Source of the DNA: an uncultured Desulfovibrio sp.
GTDB lineage: Bacteria; Desulfobacterota; Desulfovibrionia; Desulfovibrionales; Desulfovibrionaceae
Length of the DNA stretch: 64,000 nt
Direction of reading: 5' to 3'
Assembly: GCA_944324555.1 (NCBI GenBank)
Contig: CALUWU010000038.1
Span: 171-64,170 of the forward strand
Made by a program: the position numbers and the translations under genes
Part shown: positions 43,553 through 54,300 of the stretch, in pieces
How positions within the stretch are numbered: position 1 is the first letter of the stretch
Layout: every line of letters begins with the position of its first letter
Notes under the pieces: model-generated
Told to the model about the DNA's origin: nothing
Database searches by the model: none
Seen by the model: only the letters and a program-made list of their open reading frames with translations

Positions 43553-46396
43553 TTACTTTCCCCTTGCCGCCAGAATGGTGCGGGTAATCCGCGCGCCGTC
43601 GAGCCGGGTCGCGTCGTCGACGCCGAGGCGGTACAGATCCGCGCCGTAGAGATTGGCCCCCCGGGCGTCGGCGGCCTGAAGGCGGGCTTCGCGCAGGGAG
43701 GCTTCAAAGAGATCGGCGCGTTGCAGGGACGCTCCGCGCAGGGAACAGCGGGTGAAATCGGCCCGGCGGGCTCGCGCGGCCTCCCAGACGGAACCGGTAA
43801 AGTCGCAGTCGGTAAAGGCGTTTCCGTCGGCGGCGACGCCCCGAAAGACGGCCTGCGGCGCGGCGACGCCGGTCCAGGCACCTCCGGCGAGACAGGCGCC
43901 GGTAAAATCGGCCCGCGCGGCGCGCGTGCCGTTGCTCAGGGCCGCGCCCGCAAGGTCCGCGCCCGCAAGCCGGGAACCGTCGAGCCGCAGATCATGCAGA
44001 TCGGCGGAGCGCAGGCGCGCGCCGGAAAGATCGGCCCGGGAGAAGTCGGCCCCGCGCAGACGGGCGTTGTCGAAAACGGCGTCGGCGGCCTGAAGGCCGT
44101 CCGCCCGGCTTTCCTGAAAGAGCGCGCCGGAAAAGTCGGCCTGCCGCGCGTCGGTTCCGGCGAGGCTTGCCCCGGTGAAATCCGCGTCGGCGGCGCGGCA
44201 CCGCCGGAGTTGCGCCTTGTCCAGCCGGGCGCGCAGAAAAACCGCGTCGGCGGCGTCGGCGTCGTTCAGGTTCGCGCCGGAAAGATCGGCGTCCGCAAGG
44301 GAGCTTCCCCGCAGGCTGGCCCCTGAAAGATCCGCTCCCGCAAGATTCCGCTTGTCGAGGCGCAGCCCGGAGAGATCCGCTCCCGCAAGATTCGCTCCCG
44401 CCAGAGACGCGCCGGAGGCAAGCAGGGCCATAACGGCCGCGCGCGAGGGCGGCCCGTCCGGCGACGCGGCCGGCGCTGCGTCGGGCGAGGCTTCGCCTTC
44501 GCTCCCGGAAGCCGGCGCGGCGGGCGCCGCCGTTTCCGGGGCCGGCGCGGCGCCGGCCGCCGGCGGTTGCTCCATCGCGGGAACGTCGTCCGCGCGCGGG
44601 GCGTCGCCTGAAAATTGCTCCAGAATGTCCTGATAGCGTTGCAGCCTGTCGGAGATGGAGCCGGGGGGGAAGCCCGCGGCGTTTTCCAGCTCCCGGGCGT
44701 AGGCCGCAAGCTCGTCGGGATCGTCGGGGGCCTGTTCCAGCATGGTCAGCAGGCGTTCGGCATTGTCCGCGCGCATCCCCGCCCTTTGCAGGAGTTCCAG
44801 GGGCGCGTCGGACAGGTCGCCGGCCAGCGTCCTGAGTTCCGTTTCTCCGTCCGGCCCAAGAATCCGCAGCGTTTGCGACATGGAAGCCTGAAGTTCTTCG
44901 GAGGGCTGAAGCAGGGAGGAAAAGCGGGCAAGGAAGGCGTCGCTTGCGGCCTGCCATGAGGCGGCGTCGGCATGGAGCGAAGGATCGGGCGGATCAAGTT
45001 CCAGCGCGGCGTTGACGGCGGCAATGCGCTCTTCCGGGACGCCGGCTCGTCGCAGCTGTTCGTCCAGCGGCGGCAGCGGCGGCGCGGCCTCGATTTGGGC
45101 CACTGTGTCGCGCAGGGCCTCCATGCGGCGGCGGATTTCCTCGACCTGTTCAGGGGAAAGGGGAGGCAGACCGGCCCCGGTCAGCGCGGCGTTGATTTCG
45201 GGCAGCTCTTCCGTCAGCTCTTCCTGCATGCGCGCGGAAAGCTCGTCGAGGGTGGGAAGCGGATCGGCGGGCGTCGCGTCGTCGGGCGCAGGAGCGGACG
45301 GCGCGCCGGCGTCGGAAGCCGGGGCGGGCGCCGCGTCGGAAGGCGTCGCGGCGGAACGCCCGTCGTCCGCCGTTCCGGCGGCGCTTTCCGCCGTGGCGGC
45401 CGTCGCGGTCGCGGCGGTCGCCGCCATGATCGTCGCCGTCGCCGCGGCCGCTCCGGGAGAAACGGCTTTCAGGGACGGCGCTTCGGCCGCGCTTCCGGCG
45501 GGAGCGGCTTGCGGCGGCTGCGCCGCGGCCGTTGCGGGCGGCGCGGTTTCCAGTTGTTCCGGCGAAAGATGGAGGCGGACGGCGGCGATATCGGAAGCGG
45601 CCTCGTCGGCGCAGGGGACCAGGGCGTGCCAGTAGATCAGGGCCGTATGCCGGTCGGGGAAAAGCCAGAGCGTATCCGCGTTGGCGGCGTGGGCTTTCCA
45701 TGCCGGGTCGTCCCGGCGCAGGATTTCCAGACGCAGCCGCGCGCCGGGGAGGCGGAAGCGCAGTTCGGAACCGTCGGCCCGGAAGCCCGAAAGCCAGACT
45801 TCCTCGTCGCCGCGCAGGCCGCCGGAAAGACGCTGCTGCGGCTGCGCCTCGTTGAAGAAACGCCAGTCCGCATCGTCGGGCAGTCCGGGCCAGCGCGTCT
45901 TGAGCCAGCGGGCGTCGTAGGCTCCAAGATTCTTCATGCGGCAGGGCCACGCGCCGAGGGGCAGGGGGCAGGCGGGCGCGCCGTGCGGCAGCGCGGGGTC
46001 CGAAACCTGGGGCGCCTTGCCGCCCAGCGGATTGCCTTCGGGATCGAAGGCCGTTTTTTCCCAGATCAGGGGGACGGGGGCGCCGTCGGGCGACGCCGCG
46101 ACCAGAAAGCGGCGGCGGCTCTGGCCAATGCGGATTTCGACGACGGCGCCTTCACGGGCGCGGGGCTCGACGACGCCCGCCAGCAGCCATTCCGCTTCCT
46201 GCTTGGGAACGCCGACGTCAAGACGGCAGCCCGGCGGAAGGGCCTGCATGGCGGCGCCGAGGGCGGCGTCGGCCGCCAGCGCGCTCCCCGTTCGCATGTC
46301 GATACCCAGCAGCACGCTGAAGGCATGATGCGGCGCGCCGCGCCAGTCCAGCGGCTGCGCGGCGCAGAACAGGGTGTCCGGTTTCTGTATGTCCAT
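43553..46396 (-). CDS. DUF2169 plus pentapeptide repeat protein (TagAB-like)
   Basis: LDVGVPKQEAEWL, GAYDARWLKTRWPGLPDD, FFNEA, DTLWLFP (DUF2169); Ala/Pro linker, acidic helical middle region, C-terminal pentapeptides. Confidence 0.88.
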   Translation of the reverse strand: MDIQKPDTLFCAAQPLDWRGAPHHAFSVLLGIDMRTGSALAADAALGAAMQALPPGCRLDVGVPKQEAEWLLAGVVEPRAREGAVVEIRIGQSRRRFLVAASPDGAPVPLIWEKTAFDPEGNPLGGKAPQVSDPALPHGAPACPLPLGAWPCRMKNLGAYDARWLKTRWPGLPDDADWRFFNEAQPQQRLSGGLRGDEEVWLSGFRADGSELRFRLPGARLRLEILRRDDPAWKAHAANADTLWLFPDRHTALIYWHALVPCADEAASDIAAVRLHLSPEQLETAPPATAAAQPPQAAPAGSAAEAPSLKAVSPGAAAATATIMAATAATATAATAESAAGTADDGRSAATPSDAAPAPASDAGAPSAPAPDDATPADPLPTLDELSARMQEELTEELPEINAALTGAGLPPLSPEQVEEIRRRMEALRDTVAQIEAAPPLPPLDEQLRRAGVPEERIAAVNAALELDPPDPSLHADAASWQAASDAFLARFSSLLQPSEELQASMSQTLRILGPDGETELRTLAGDLSDAPLELLQRAGMRADNAERLLTMLEQAPDDPDELAAYARELENAAGFPPGSISDRLQRYQDILEQFSGDAPRADDVPAMEQPPAAGAAPAPETAAPAAPASGSEGEASPDAAPAASPDGPPSRAAVMALLASGASLAGANLAGADLSGLRLDKRNLAGADLSGASLRGSSLADADLSGANLNDADAADAVFLRARLDKAQLRRCRAADADFTGASLAGTDARQADFSGALFQESRADGLQAADAVFDNARLRGADFSRADLSGARLRSADLHDLRLDGSRLAGADLAGAALSNGTRAARADFTGACLAGGAWTGVAAPQAVFRGVAADGNAFTDCDFTGSVWEAARARRADFTRCSLRGASLQRADLFEASLREARLQAADARGANLYGADLYRLGVDDATRLDGARITRTILAARGK

Positions 46397-46448
46397 GTTG
46401 TTCTCTCCGGGGCGCAGGGGGCTTTTCGTTGCGGAGTGCTTGCATCTG

Positions 46449-47870
46449 TTACATGCCGCTGATGTTGATGGCGGTAGAATCTGTCTCGGTCAGTTCGTGT
46501 GCTTCCAGCCATTCGATAATGAATTGATAAAAGTCATAAAGCCGGTGGCGATGCTTGTAGTACAGCCGTTCCCGCTCCTCATCCGAGAGGGAGAAAGTAT
46601 CCTTCTCAAGGATGTATTCGCAGCACCCTTTGTAATGCTCCTTCCATTTCGGGGAAAAGGGTTCATGCAGGGTGATTGCGGCAATACGGCGCAAGGATTG
46701 TACGATTTTTTTCCAGGTGGCGTAGCCAAACGTATTCAGGATGCTGTAATAGCAAAAATCATCCCCGACATGGGCGTAGATGCACGGCGCGATGAAACAG
46801 AACTCATTTTCCCCTATAAAGAGGCAATCCGCCTCTGTCAGGTCGCGTTCGGAAGGCGTGATGGAGTATACGGTCTGCAATTCGAGGGAGTATCCGCCCG
46901 CGTGGTCCGGCGCGTCGTAGCCCATATAGAGGTTTATGCGCCGCAGTCGCTTTTCCATCATGACGCTGGCGACAAGACGATCCGCGGGATTGGGGTAGCG
47001 CCGGCGCATGTTTTGCAGATTCATGCGCCGCCAGACAGGGGTCTGGCGGTAGTCCTCCTCTTCCGCAAATTCCCGCAGCCGCCGAAAGGCAAGGGACGTG
47101 GACATGCGGCCCAGAGGTTCGACGACGGGGTTATCGCCTTCTCCATCCATATGCGCGGAAAGCGTGGGGTGTTTGTTGTAGGCTTCTATGGTGAAGGAAA
47201 TCGTGCAGACGGGCGACTTGACCCAGAAGGCGCGATGACGGCAGTTCAGGCTTTCATCTTCCGCAAGCGCCGATGCGAGAATGTCCCGCACGAGCAGCAC
47301 CTGATCCGCAAGCGCCGGGGAGGGGGCGGCACGGCGTCGCTGCAGCACGATCACATAGCCGCGCGTGTCGTAGCCGTTGTCTTCCACCGTGCGGATATGA
47401 CGGCAGGACGGCAGCTGGGCCAGCAGGGCCTCGCGCAGAGCGCGGCTGCGGTCGCGCAGGCGCTGGGGCAACGAATGGCCGTCATGCGGCGCGGGCCATA
47501 GCTGGGGCGTGTTCATGGAGGCGTTCCAGTACGCCGGGAGGAAGCCGCGTTTCCAGACCAGACTCAGGAGGTAGGGCACAAGCGTCATTACCGTCTGATA
47601 TGCAAGACGGCAGTGCAGCCAGTGTATGGCGCCTATCCCGGGCAGCGTTGCGGCGCGGATGCGCCACGCGTTGTCTGCTTCCGTCAGAGAGAGACGGCAG
47701 CGGTCGGCTGTGAGCGCGACAAGTTCCTGCCGTAACGATTCCAGGTCGACGGCTTTCGGTTCGATGGAGGCCATTCTCTGCGGGGAGATTTCCTTTGCAG
47801 AAAAAAGTTTCCTGAAATCCGGCAGGGAGCGTCCTGCATGGGCAGGAAAAATGCCGATGTGATGGAGCAT
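46449..47870 (-). CDS. Hypothetical protein inside the T6SS operon
   Basis: SD ggagg before ATG 47870; fills the tssG-tagAB gap in operon orientation; 3' third is visibly AT-richer. Confidence 0.7.
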   Translation of the reverse strand: MLHHIGIFPAHAGRSLPDFRKLFSAKEISPQRMASIEPKAVDLESLRQELVALTADRCRLSLTEADNAWRIRAATLPGIGAIHWLHCRLAYQTVMTLVPYLLSLVWKRGFLPAYWNASMNTPQLWPAPHDGHSLPQRLRDRSRALREALLAQLPSCRHIRTVEDNGYDTRGYVIVLQRRRAAPSPALADQVLLVRDILASALAEDESLNCRHRAFWVKSPVCTISFTIEAYNKHPTLSAHMDGEGDNPVVEPLGRMSTSLAFRRLREFAEEEDYRQTPVWRRMNLQNMRRRYPNPADRLVASVMMEKRLRRINLYMGYDAPDHAGGYSLELQTVYSITPSERDLTEADCLFIGENEFCFIAPCIYAHVGDDFCYYSILNTFGYATWKKIVQSLRRIAAITLHEPFSPKWKEHYKGCCEYILEKDTFSLSDEERERLYYKHRHRLYDFYQFIIEWLEAHELTETDSTAINISGM

Positions 47871-47950
47871 CAGAGCCTCCTTGCGCGGGAGCTTTTGAGG
47901 AACGGACGTTGCCGGAGGGGGGCTGTTGCGGACGCGGCGGGGCTGTCGAG

Positions 47951-48934
47951 CTATTCCGTCGCCCGCCAGTAAACCGTTACGTCGGCCCGTTTCGACGCGC
48001 TGCCCAGAAAGAAGCCGGGGCGGCTGTTCAGTCCCAGACCGGTGGGGCGGGCCGGAGCGGTCGTCGGATGCAGGACAAGATCGAATTCCAGCGAATGCTG
48101 CACAAATTCCCGCACATGGGTGCGGATGCGCGCATACCATGCGCCGTCATGCAGAAAATCCACGATATCGTCGGGATGCACGGCGTCCAGATGAATGCGG
48201 AAACGCCCCGTGCTGTCGCGGACTTCTCCGCCCAGAACGGCGTCTTCGCCCAGAACGGCGTTGGCGGCGCCGAGACGGCAGCGCTGCGTCGGCGCAATGG
48301 CAACGCGCCGTTCCACGCATTCCTCCACGCGCACGTCGCGGCGTTGCAGCAGATAGCCCAGGGAACGCTGCAGGCGCAGGGCCGAACGGTTGCGGCAGAC
48401 AAAGAGTTCCGTCAGGGCCAGGGGAGGCAGTTCTTCGCCGTGATCCGGGCGTCCCGTGAGACAGAACAGCAGGTGGACGGCCCGGGGATCTTCGTTTTCG
48501 AGCAGACGCCGGGGCAGACGGTTCTGCCGTTCGGCGTCGTACAGCAGATGGTAAAAATGGTTGTTGATGATGTCGAGGAAGTCGCGGGTGAGGCTGTCGT
48601 CGTTGCGCGCTTCTTCGAGCAGTTCCTCCGTGTAGAAGGTCGGCAGCGGCCCCATGGTGCCGTACAGGCCCAGCAGCGTTGTGGTGAGCCGCCAGGCCGG
48701 GGGCGGGCTGTCGGGGGCGTCGGGGGCCTGCACGTCCGTGATGTCGGCCGCGGGAAAGGCCAGCGACAGATGCGGACGTATGAAGACGTCCCGCGCGAAG
48801 GGCGTCTGCGAGGTTCCCGCGTCGGCGTGGGCGCGTTCCAGCAGGCGCAGGGCCTGCCCCAGCGTCATGCGCCGCGCGCGTTCGCGCAGCAGGGTCGTCA
48901 GATCAGCGGGCGCGTGCCCAGACGGGGCGTCCAT
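47951..48934 (-). CDS. tssG: T6SS baseplate TssG
   Basis: LSLAFPAADI, LGLYGTMGPLPTFYTE, DFLDIINN, RLG..NAVLG, FRIHL. Confidence 0.93.
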   Translation of the reverse strand: MDAPSGHAPADLTTLLRERARRMTLGQALRLLERAHADAGTSQTPFARDVFIRPHLSLAFPAADITDVQAPDAPDSPPPAWRLTTTLLGLYGTMGPLPTFYTEELLEEARNDDSLTRDFLDIINNHFYHLLYDAERQNRLPRRLLENEDPRAVHLLFCLTGRPDHGEELPPLALTELFVCRNRSALRLQRSLGYLLQRRDVRVEECVERRVAIAPTQRCRLGAANAVLGEDAVLGGEVRDSTGRFRIHLDAVHPDDIVDFLHDGAWYARIRTHVREFVQHSLEFDLVLHPTTAPARPTGLGLNSRPGFFLGSASKRADVTVYWRATE

Positions 48935-50610
48935 GACCAGCTCTCGTGTTCGTTTGCCAGCGCGACATGCAGCTGGGCGTAATTGTTGAGAAGGGAAAAT
49001 TCCGAAAACAGCATGTCCAGCGCGCTGCAGAACAGATAGGCGTCGCCGTGGGAAATGAAGGCCTCCCGGTTCAGGGTCAGGCGCAGCTTGTGCCCGCGCA
49101 GCAGACGTCCGCGAAAGAGACGTTCGTCGGGCAGGGAACGAAAGTCGAGAATGGCCTCGCAGCGGCGGCGGTGCGCCGCGGACAGTTCCGGCGCGGCTTC
49201 CGGCGGCGGCAGGTAGAGCGAGAGCAGATCGCGCAGGGTGCGCGGCGACGCCAGCGACAGCAGATTCGCGTTGATGTGCCCCACAAAGCGCCAGAGCAGC
49301 GCCTCGTCGGCGGGTCGCGGCAAGGTGGGCGTCGGCGCCAGGATATTGCTGAAGGTCGCCATGCCGGGGGAGCTGTCGGTGGCTTCGCAGATGTCGCCTA
49401 CCTGAAGGCGGGCGGGCTGGCTCACATTGCAGCAGCGCAGTTGCAGGGCCAGCGTGAAGGGCTCCATGTTCATGGCGGCGGTACGGCGATACAGCGGCAT
49501 GATCAGGTGTTCCGTCTGGCCGGAAACCGGCGAAACGCGGAAACGAAGCTGATAGAGTCCGCCCTCGTGCTGCGGATCGCAGGCTTCGAACGGCTTGAAT
49601 TCCTCCATGCGGCCGCCGGGAAAGAGCGCCGTTGCCCGTTCCGCCGAAAGAATGTCGAGCGTGCGGCGCACGCCGTCCTGGGGGCGCAGGGGGTATTCCT
49701 CCTGCGTATGATCCACGTTGACGGGTTCGGAAGGCACGCTGCAGATATTGCTGGCCGGGAAGACGTTGAGCTGGAAGGCGCCGTCCCGAAAGGTCGCGTC
49801 GCGCACGGCCTCGCCCTGGAGGTGAAAGCGCAGCTCGTACTCGGAGGCTTCGGGCAGGGGGCAGCGATCCAGACCGTACAGATGAAAGAAAAGAAGCTGC
49901 TGCGGTTGCAGGAGGTAGCGTTGCAGCATCATGTAGGATCGGGCAAGGCCGCGACCGGCGGCAAGGCGGCCGTCATGGGGAGGGACGGTCGCCGGTTGCA
50001 GGGCCGAGACGGGCAGAGGACAGGCCCGCTGCCCGACCACGACCTCCAGCCGGCTCAGGCCGCGGCGCAGCGCGTAATAATGCCGTCCCGCCTCGGCATA
50101 GGGGGCGGCCAGATACAGCCGCAGGGGCGTCTGGCGCAACGCCGGCAGGGGAAAGGGACTGTACAGATGCAGGCCGAGCGTTGCCGAGAGATCGTTGCGG
50201 CGCTCAAAGGTTGTGCGAAGAATGCGCAGGGGCAGCAGCGCGGCGTCTTCATCCAGCGTATAGATGCAGGAAACGCCGTTGACCGGCCGGGAGGCCAGTT
50301 CCGTCCCTCGCCGCAGGGCGAGGATTTCCCGCAGATCGGGCCGGGGCGTGAACGCCACAAGAGTTGTGGACGGCGTGGGCAGGACGGCGTGAGGGAAGGT
50401 CAGACGCAGCAGTATCTGCAGCAGCTCCGGGGCCGTCTGATCCAGACGCCGCCGGATGCGGCCGCAGAGGTAGGCGACGCCTTCGAGAATGCGCTCCACA
50501 TCCGGGTCCGCGCCGGGCTGCATCATGGGGGCCAGCGCCGGATAGCGCCGCCCGAAGTCCTGCGCGTCCTCGCGCAGGATGGCAAGTTCCCGCTGGTAAT
50601 AGTCGTCCAT
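48898..50610 (-). CDS. tssF: T6SS baseplate TssF
   Basis: YYQRELAILR, DPDVERILEGVAYL, PTPS, LWRFVGHINANLLSL, RG, W.PR.G. Confidence 0.94.
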   Translation of the reverse strand: MDDYYQRELAILREDAQDFGRRYPALAPMMQPGADPDVERILEGVAYLCGRIRRRLDQTAPELLQILLRLTFPHAVLPTPSTTLVAFTPRPDLREILALRRGTELASRPVNGVSCIYTLDEDAALLPLRILRTTFERRNDLSATLGLHLYSPFPLPALRQTPLRLYLAAPYAEAGRHYYALRRGLSRLEVVVGQRACPLPVSALQPATVPPHDGRLAAGRGLARSYMMLQRYLLQPQQLLFFHLYGLDRCPLPEASEYELRFHLQGEAVRDATFRDGAFQLNVFPASNICSVPSEPVNVDHTQEEYPLRPQDGVRRTLDILSAERATALFPGGRMEEFKPFEACDPQHEGGLYQLRFRVSPVSGQTEHLIMPLYRRTAAMNMEPFTLALQLRCCNVSQPARLQVGDICEATDSSPGMATFSNILAPTPTLPRPADEALLWRFVGHINANLLSLASPRTLRDLLSLYLPPPEAAPELSAAHRRRCEAILDFRSLPDERLFRGRLLRGHKLRLTLNREAFISHGDAYLFCSALDMLFSEFSLLNNYAQLHVALANEHESWSWTPRLGTRPLI

Positions 50611-50617
50611 GGCTTTC

Positions 50618-51310
50618 TCAGAAATGGCTGTCCCGCTGTTCCCGCCGCGCCTGTTCCCGGGCGGCGGCCGTCTCCTCAAGGCGGCGCACGTCTTCCCGGT
50701 AGCGGGCGTCGGCGCGGCGCAGGGCTTCGGGGTCCTCCAGGCGCAGGCGCGCCGCGCCGCGGGTATTGGTCATGCTCATCCGCGCGCCGCCGGCGAGCTT
50801 GCGCGAATAGTCGGCATGACGCGGCCCCACGGGATCGCCTTCGCGCTGGCGTATTCCCAGCTGGAAGCGATCCTTGACGGCCTTGTAGAAGCGTTCTTCG
50901 GCCTTCCCCTCGACGTCAAGCAGCGCCACGCGCCGTTCCGGGCCGCAAAACCAGACCCGTGCCCGCGGCATGGGGGCGTCTTCCGAAGCGTGTTCAAAAA
51001 GCTCCGCCACGCAGCCGTCGCGGTTCGTCATGGCGCGGGAGACATAGCCGGCCGCGCGCAGCCGCGCGCGCGTCGCCGCCGCCTGATCCCCCAGGCTGAC
51101 GCCGAAGACGGCGGGCGGCGGCAGGGGAGCGTCCGCGGCTGTCGTCGCGGATGGGGTCGCCGTCAGCCCGAAGGACAGGAGGAGCGCCAGACAGCGCGAA
51201 AGAAGACGGCGCGGGCGTTCTCCCCGGCGCGCCGGAGAGAGCGGCGACGGCGGCCGTATTTCCGGCGCGCGGAACGGACGGCGGCATCGGACGGCGTTCT
51301 CCGGCGTCAT
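50618..51310 (-). CDS. Hypothetical exported protein coupled to vgrG (candidate immunity or accessory protein)
   Basis: ATGA overlap with the vgrG stop; Arg-rich N-region then hydrophobic LALLLSFGLTA and an AxA-like site; stop 7 nt before tssF. Confidence 0.6.
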   Translation of the reverse strand: MTPENAVRCRRPFRAPEIRPPSPLSPARRGERPRRLLSRCLALLLSFGLTATPSATTAADAPLPPPAVFGVSLGDQAAATRARLRAAGYVSRAMTNRDGCVAELFEHASEDAPMPRARVWFCGPERRVALLDVEGKAEERFYKAVKDRFQLGIRQREGDPVGPRHADYSRKLAGGARMSMTNTRGAARLRLEDPEALRRADARYREDVRRLEETAAAREQARREQRDSHF

Positions 51311-54300
51311 TGCTCCCCGCCGCCGGCTTTGCGTTGCTGATTATTTTCCAGCATCTCTATAACTTCCTGCAATTGTTTCAGTATATCCTCGGGGCAGATC
51401 CGCTGCGCCCTGCTCTGCGCTTCCGAGGCGGAACTGGCGTACTGGCCGCCGGCATCCGCCTTGCCGCCGCGCGCCGCCGCTCCCGTAATCTTGATGGCGC
51501 CGCCCACTTCGAGAATGCCGTTCTGCGCGCCGACAATCTTGCCGTGGGAAATCTGCACGTCGCTGATGAAGACGGAATCTGACGAGACGTATAGTTCATT
51601 TTCGAAGCAGGCAATATTCGTCTTGTTGTTGCCAATCATGGCGGAGTCCTCGTCAACAATGACGCCGCACTCGCCAACGGCCATGCTTGCCACGCCGTCT
51701 TCCAGAGAAACGAACGCGTTGTGCTGCCTGTCGCTTTTCTTCTTTCGGAATCCGAGCGTCAGCCCCGAGGGTGCGAGCGTCATGTCCGTTGACGGCGCGT
51801 TGTTGTCCCTGTCCTGACTGGACATGTAGATCATCGCGTCCTTGTGGGTCGTCGTCAGAGAGACGGCGGGGAGGTTCCCCGTTTCTTTCGCCAGGATGAT
51901 GGCGCCATGACCGCCTCTCAGGGAAAGTTCCTGATCGCCGATGATATAGGCGTTTTCTTTGCTGCGCTGAAACGCCCAGCGATTGCGCTTGTAATCCAGT
52001 TCCGTGGTATCCGCGATGAAGGTCGCCCGTTTGCGGATATATTCGCCGTCCTGCAGGGTGTCCTTGACGAACCAGCGGATGCCGTCGATATCGCCGCGCA
52101 TGAAATCCGTGGCGTGCGAACCGGCATTGATCTTGACGCCCCAGTAGGCGGCGGCGTCCATGCCCGCGCGCGTCGGACTGGTAACCGGGGCTTTTTTCAG
52201 GAGTTTGACGGCGAGCTTGTTCTGCACCACGGGAGTAAGATCCGAATAGGGGTCGAGAACGCCAAGATTCTCCGCCTTTTCCCCCTGGGGAAAGGTTTCC
52301 AGCCTGCCGAGAGCGGCGTCCGTATCGCCGGAGGGATTTTTTTCCTTCTCCGCGTCCGAAAGTCTGTCAACTTCGGGGAGATCCCGTGTATTTCGCAGGA
52401 AGCCGCGCTGGGCGTGCATGGCGATGGCGTCCTGCGCCGTCATGGTGATGTTTCGATCCCGGGCGCGCAGCAGGATGCCGCCCAGTTTCTTGGCGGGATT
52501 GTAGGCTTTGTAAAAGAGGTGCAGGCTTACGAATTCGGGAATCAGGGATGAGACCGTATCGACGAGGTAGGCGCGCTCGCTTTCATGCCGCTGCTGTCTG
52601 TAGTAGGCGTTCGCTTCGCTGTCCTTCTGGCAATACGCCTCATAGGCCTTTTCCAGACTGGCGAGAATTTCCTCGAATTCCGCCTTGGAGGCGTCTTTTT
52701 GATCGATGACGTCGGCGAGCGCCTCGCTTAGTTCGGAAAATTTGCCGCAGTCAAGGAAGGGGTCCGCCGAGGCGTATTCCGCCTTGCCGTTTTTTTGGTG
52801 GAGCGCATCCACCGCCCTTTTCACGGCGTCCTGATAGAGAAGCGCCGGCGTCGCGGTCGCGATATCGGCGGCGGCCGTCCCCGTATCGAAGAGAACGCTC
52901 GTCAGTCTTCCGGCAATATAGGGGATTAACGCGGAGAGCCTTTCGAGCGAACTTGCGGAAACCTGCAGCAGCGTCTTGGCCATGTCGTCTTCCGCGACCA
53001 TGGCGCCGCCGTAGGGAATGGGCGCCGTATGCCGGGCTACAATGACGTCGCCAAGCGCGTTCATGATCGTGGAGATGGTTTTGGTTGCCGACGTTCCCCA
53101 GTCCAGGCGGTCTTTTTTGGTCTCGTCCTCCGTCTGGGATGCCAGCGTATTCATGACGGCGCCCGCGGAGTCGCTCAGGGCCGCGCAGAGCGCCGGCCAG
53201 TAGGCGTCCTTGTCAAACCGGAACGCGCCGCTGCTGACCTTGAAGCCGCTGAGCTGGGAAAGGCCGAAACTCGCCAGCTGCGTGCTGCACGCGCCGGCCA
53301 CCTGGGTGATGTGGCTTGAGGTGAGCAGCGAGCTTTCAGCGGAGCCGGCGGCCACGGTCAGACCGCTGCCTGCGGCGGTGGCAAGGGATATGCCCTGCTT
53401 GTTGTCCGTGTCGTTGATGGTAATCTGATTGCCGCCGGGGGTTCGCAGGCCCTGAAAATTGACGTTGCCCGCGCCGGAGACGGAACCGGTTTCGCCGTTG
53501 GCCAGCGCGCCCGCGATAACCGGGAGATCGGGATTGCCGTCCACAAAGGAAACGAGCACCTCCGTTCCGGGCTGGAGGGGCAGGCTCAGGCCGCTGTCCT
53601 TGCCCACCTGCGGCTGGGCGCGCCGTATCCAGCAGCTGGCGTTGCCGCCGGTTCTGCCGGAAATGTCAAAGGGAAAGGTCAGCTTGTAGCGCCCGTACTC
53701 GTCCGTCTCCGCCCGCGCGCCGGAGCCGTCCCCGGCCACAAAGGCGCGCAGAACCCCGGAAATATGGTTGCGCCGGGCCGTGCGCGCCGGTCGATAGGGG
53801 ACGTCGGCCTCCATGCAGGTAAAGGCGTTGCGGTAGTAGAGGCGTTCGGCGGCGTCCCGGAGGGGGATGCCCAGCCCGAGGGAAAGGTAGGCGTCCTGAC
53901 GGCCTTCGTGGGTGATTTCCGTCACCAGATAATCGCGGTTGAAGGCGTCGTTGTAATGCCTGTCCAGCCGGAAGACGCGGCCCGGCCGCAGCGTGGGCGC
54001 GGAGCTTGCGCCGCGAAAAAGACGGGCGCGGCAGCGCAGTTCCTGCGCGCGGATGGTGGCCAGCCGCGCCGCGTCGGCGTCGTTGTCCACATATTCATTG
54101 CTCAGATAGACGTCGCCAAGGCCGTTGACGTCCACGTCGGCCATGCCGACCACGACCTTGCCGGGGTTGCGCCAGTCGTAGTTTCGCAGCGCCACCCGGC
54201 GCGGCAGGGGCGTTTGCGCCAGCGAAAAGGAGACGACGACCTCTTCCCGGCGGTCGCCTTCCAGCCCCGACGCGGGCGCGTAGGAGAGCGGGGGGGCGTC

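Noticed and set aside
42617..44420. Tandem 15/30-nt DNA periodicity, possible array or Qnr-type resistance gene
   Set aside because: Explained by pentapeptide-repeat coding in T6SS tag genes; no spacer-repeat structure
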